Below, piece by piece: positions 63,214 through 64,000 of a stretch of 64,000 bases of DNA. Both the position numbers and the translations under genes were made by a program. Within the stretch, counting starts at the first letter, position 1, and each line of letters begins with the position of its first letter. This stretch comes from Raillietiella orientalis (taxonomy: Eukaryota): contig JAYWIR010000029.1 in NCBI GenBank assembly GCA_036172245.1, forward strand, positions 2,790,001-2,854,000, written 5' to 3'. The notes below the pieces were generated by a model. The model searched no databases. It saw only the letters and a list, made by a program, of their open reading frames with translations, and was not told the origin of the DNA.

Positions 63214-63985
63214 CTTTGGCGGTCCTGTGGCTGCAGTCCCCGCGCGCGTGGCGCCAAGCGTCGCGAGTTCGAATACTCGTAAAGGATCGACCCCGATTCT
63301 CGGGGTCGATCCTTTACCCGATCCCCGAGAATCGGGGATACGTCATGGGTTTTGAGTCCCCCTACAAGATGACGCTGGTTGACCTCTATTCATTAGGGTG
63401 CGGCACCGGTGGCTGCTGAAACCGGATGCCTCTGATAAACAGTCGGGATTGGGATTGAATGAAGGAGTCCGGTTCCCTTCGGGGTCACCCTCCACTTGTG
63501 TGAAGGAGTGGACCCTAACTCCAGGAGGGACCCTTCATCTCATACCATGGAGCTGGTGAATTGGTGCCTCTCCAGAGTGCAAAGAAGCATGCTGCTCCCT
63601 TCGAGGCGCGACCCTTCAGAGAAATTTTGGAAGCATCCCTTCGGAGTTCTCTTGAGAGGAGTAAACCAAGAGCGAATGCATTCCGGGGATGCCTCCAAAG
63701 AAAAACCGAGGAAAGACTCCCTCTGAGGGTCCCTCCAGAGAGGACAAGGAACAAGTCTTTCCCCTCCCTTACTCTTGGGAGGGAATCCCAAGCGTAAGGG
63801 GGGGGGGGGAAGAAGAAGGCTACGGAGCTTCCTCCGTAGCCTTCCTGGATTCATAGGGTGGTCATCCCTCCCTGGGTGCCCCTATACCTTGAAGAAGAGT
63901 TGCACGCACCCTCGGGTGGCGTGTTCAAATGTTAAAGAGCTTCGTGAGTCCTCCGCAAAGAGGTGAACCGTTCTTTGATTTTTGA
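63214..63985 (+). mobile_element. SINE-like element copy E (near full length)
   Basis: Head GTGGCTGCAGTC..GAGTTCGAATAC; body and 3' end collinear with copies A, C and D. Confidence 0.8.
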
Positions 63986-64000
63986 CGAGTACGGCGCGGA

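Overview
Eukaryotic, most likely invertebrate animal, genomic DNA; the taxon cannot be fixed from sequence alone. Three protein-coding genes are well supported, all on the minus strand and each with an uninterrupted CDS: an F-box/leucine-rich-repeat gene (5873-7255) and two paralogous ZIP/SLC39 (ZIP1-3-like) metal transporters (11295-12407 and 50910-52082). The ZIP paralogues share a near-identical, indel-free 2.6 kb block (12026-14625 = 51701-54300) covering the 5' third of the CDS and the upstream region, while their 3' parts are old and diverged. The rest is largely decayed mobile DNA: many Tx1/L1-like non-LTR fragments with a conserved AATAAA + stem-loop 3' end, at least seven copies or fragments of a long tRNA-headed SINE-like element rich in C(UUCG)G/GNRA hairpins, L2/CR1-, RTE- and BEL/Pao-like remnants, an AT-rich foldback element and a decayed 28S rRNA fragment. 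Copy-specific perfect hairpins are over-represented. Most GC-rich ORFs in the track are spurious. Mobile-element boundaries were read by eye and are approximate.
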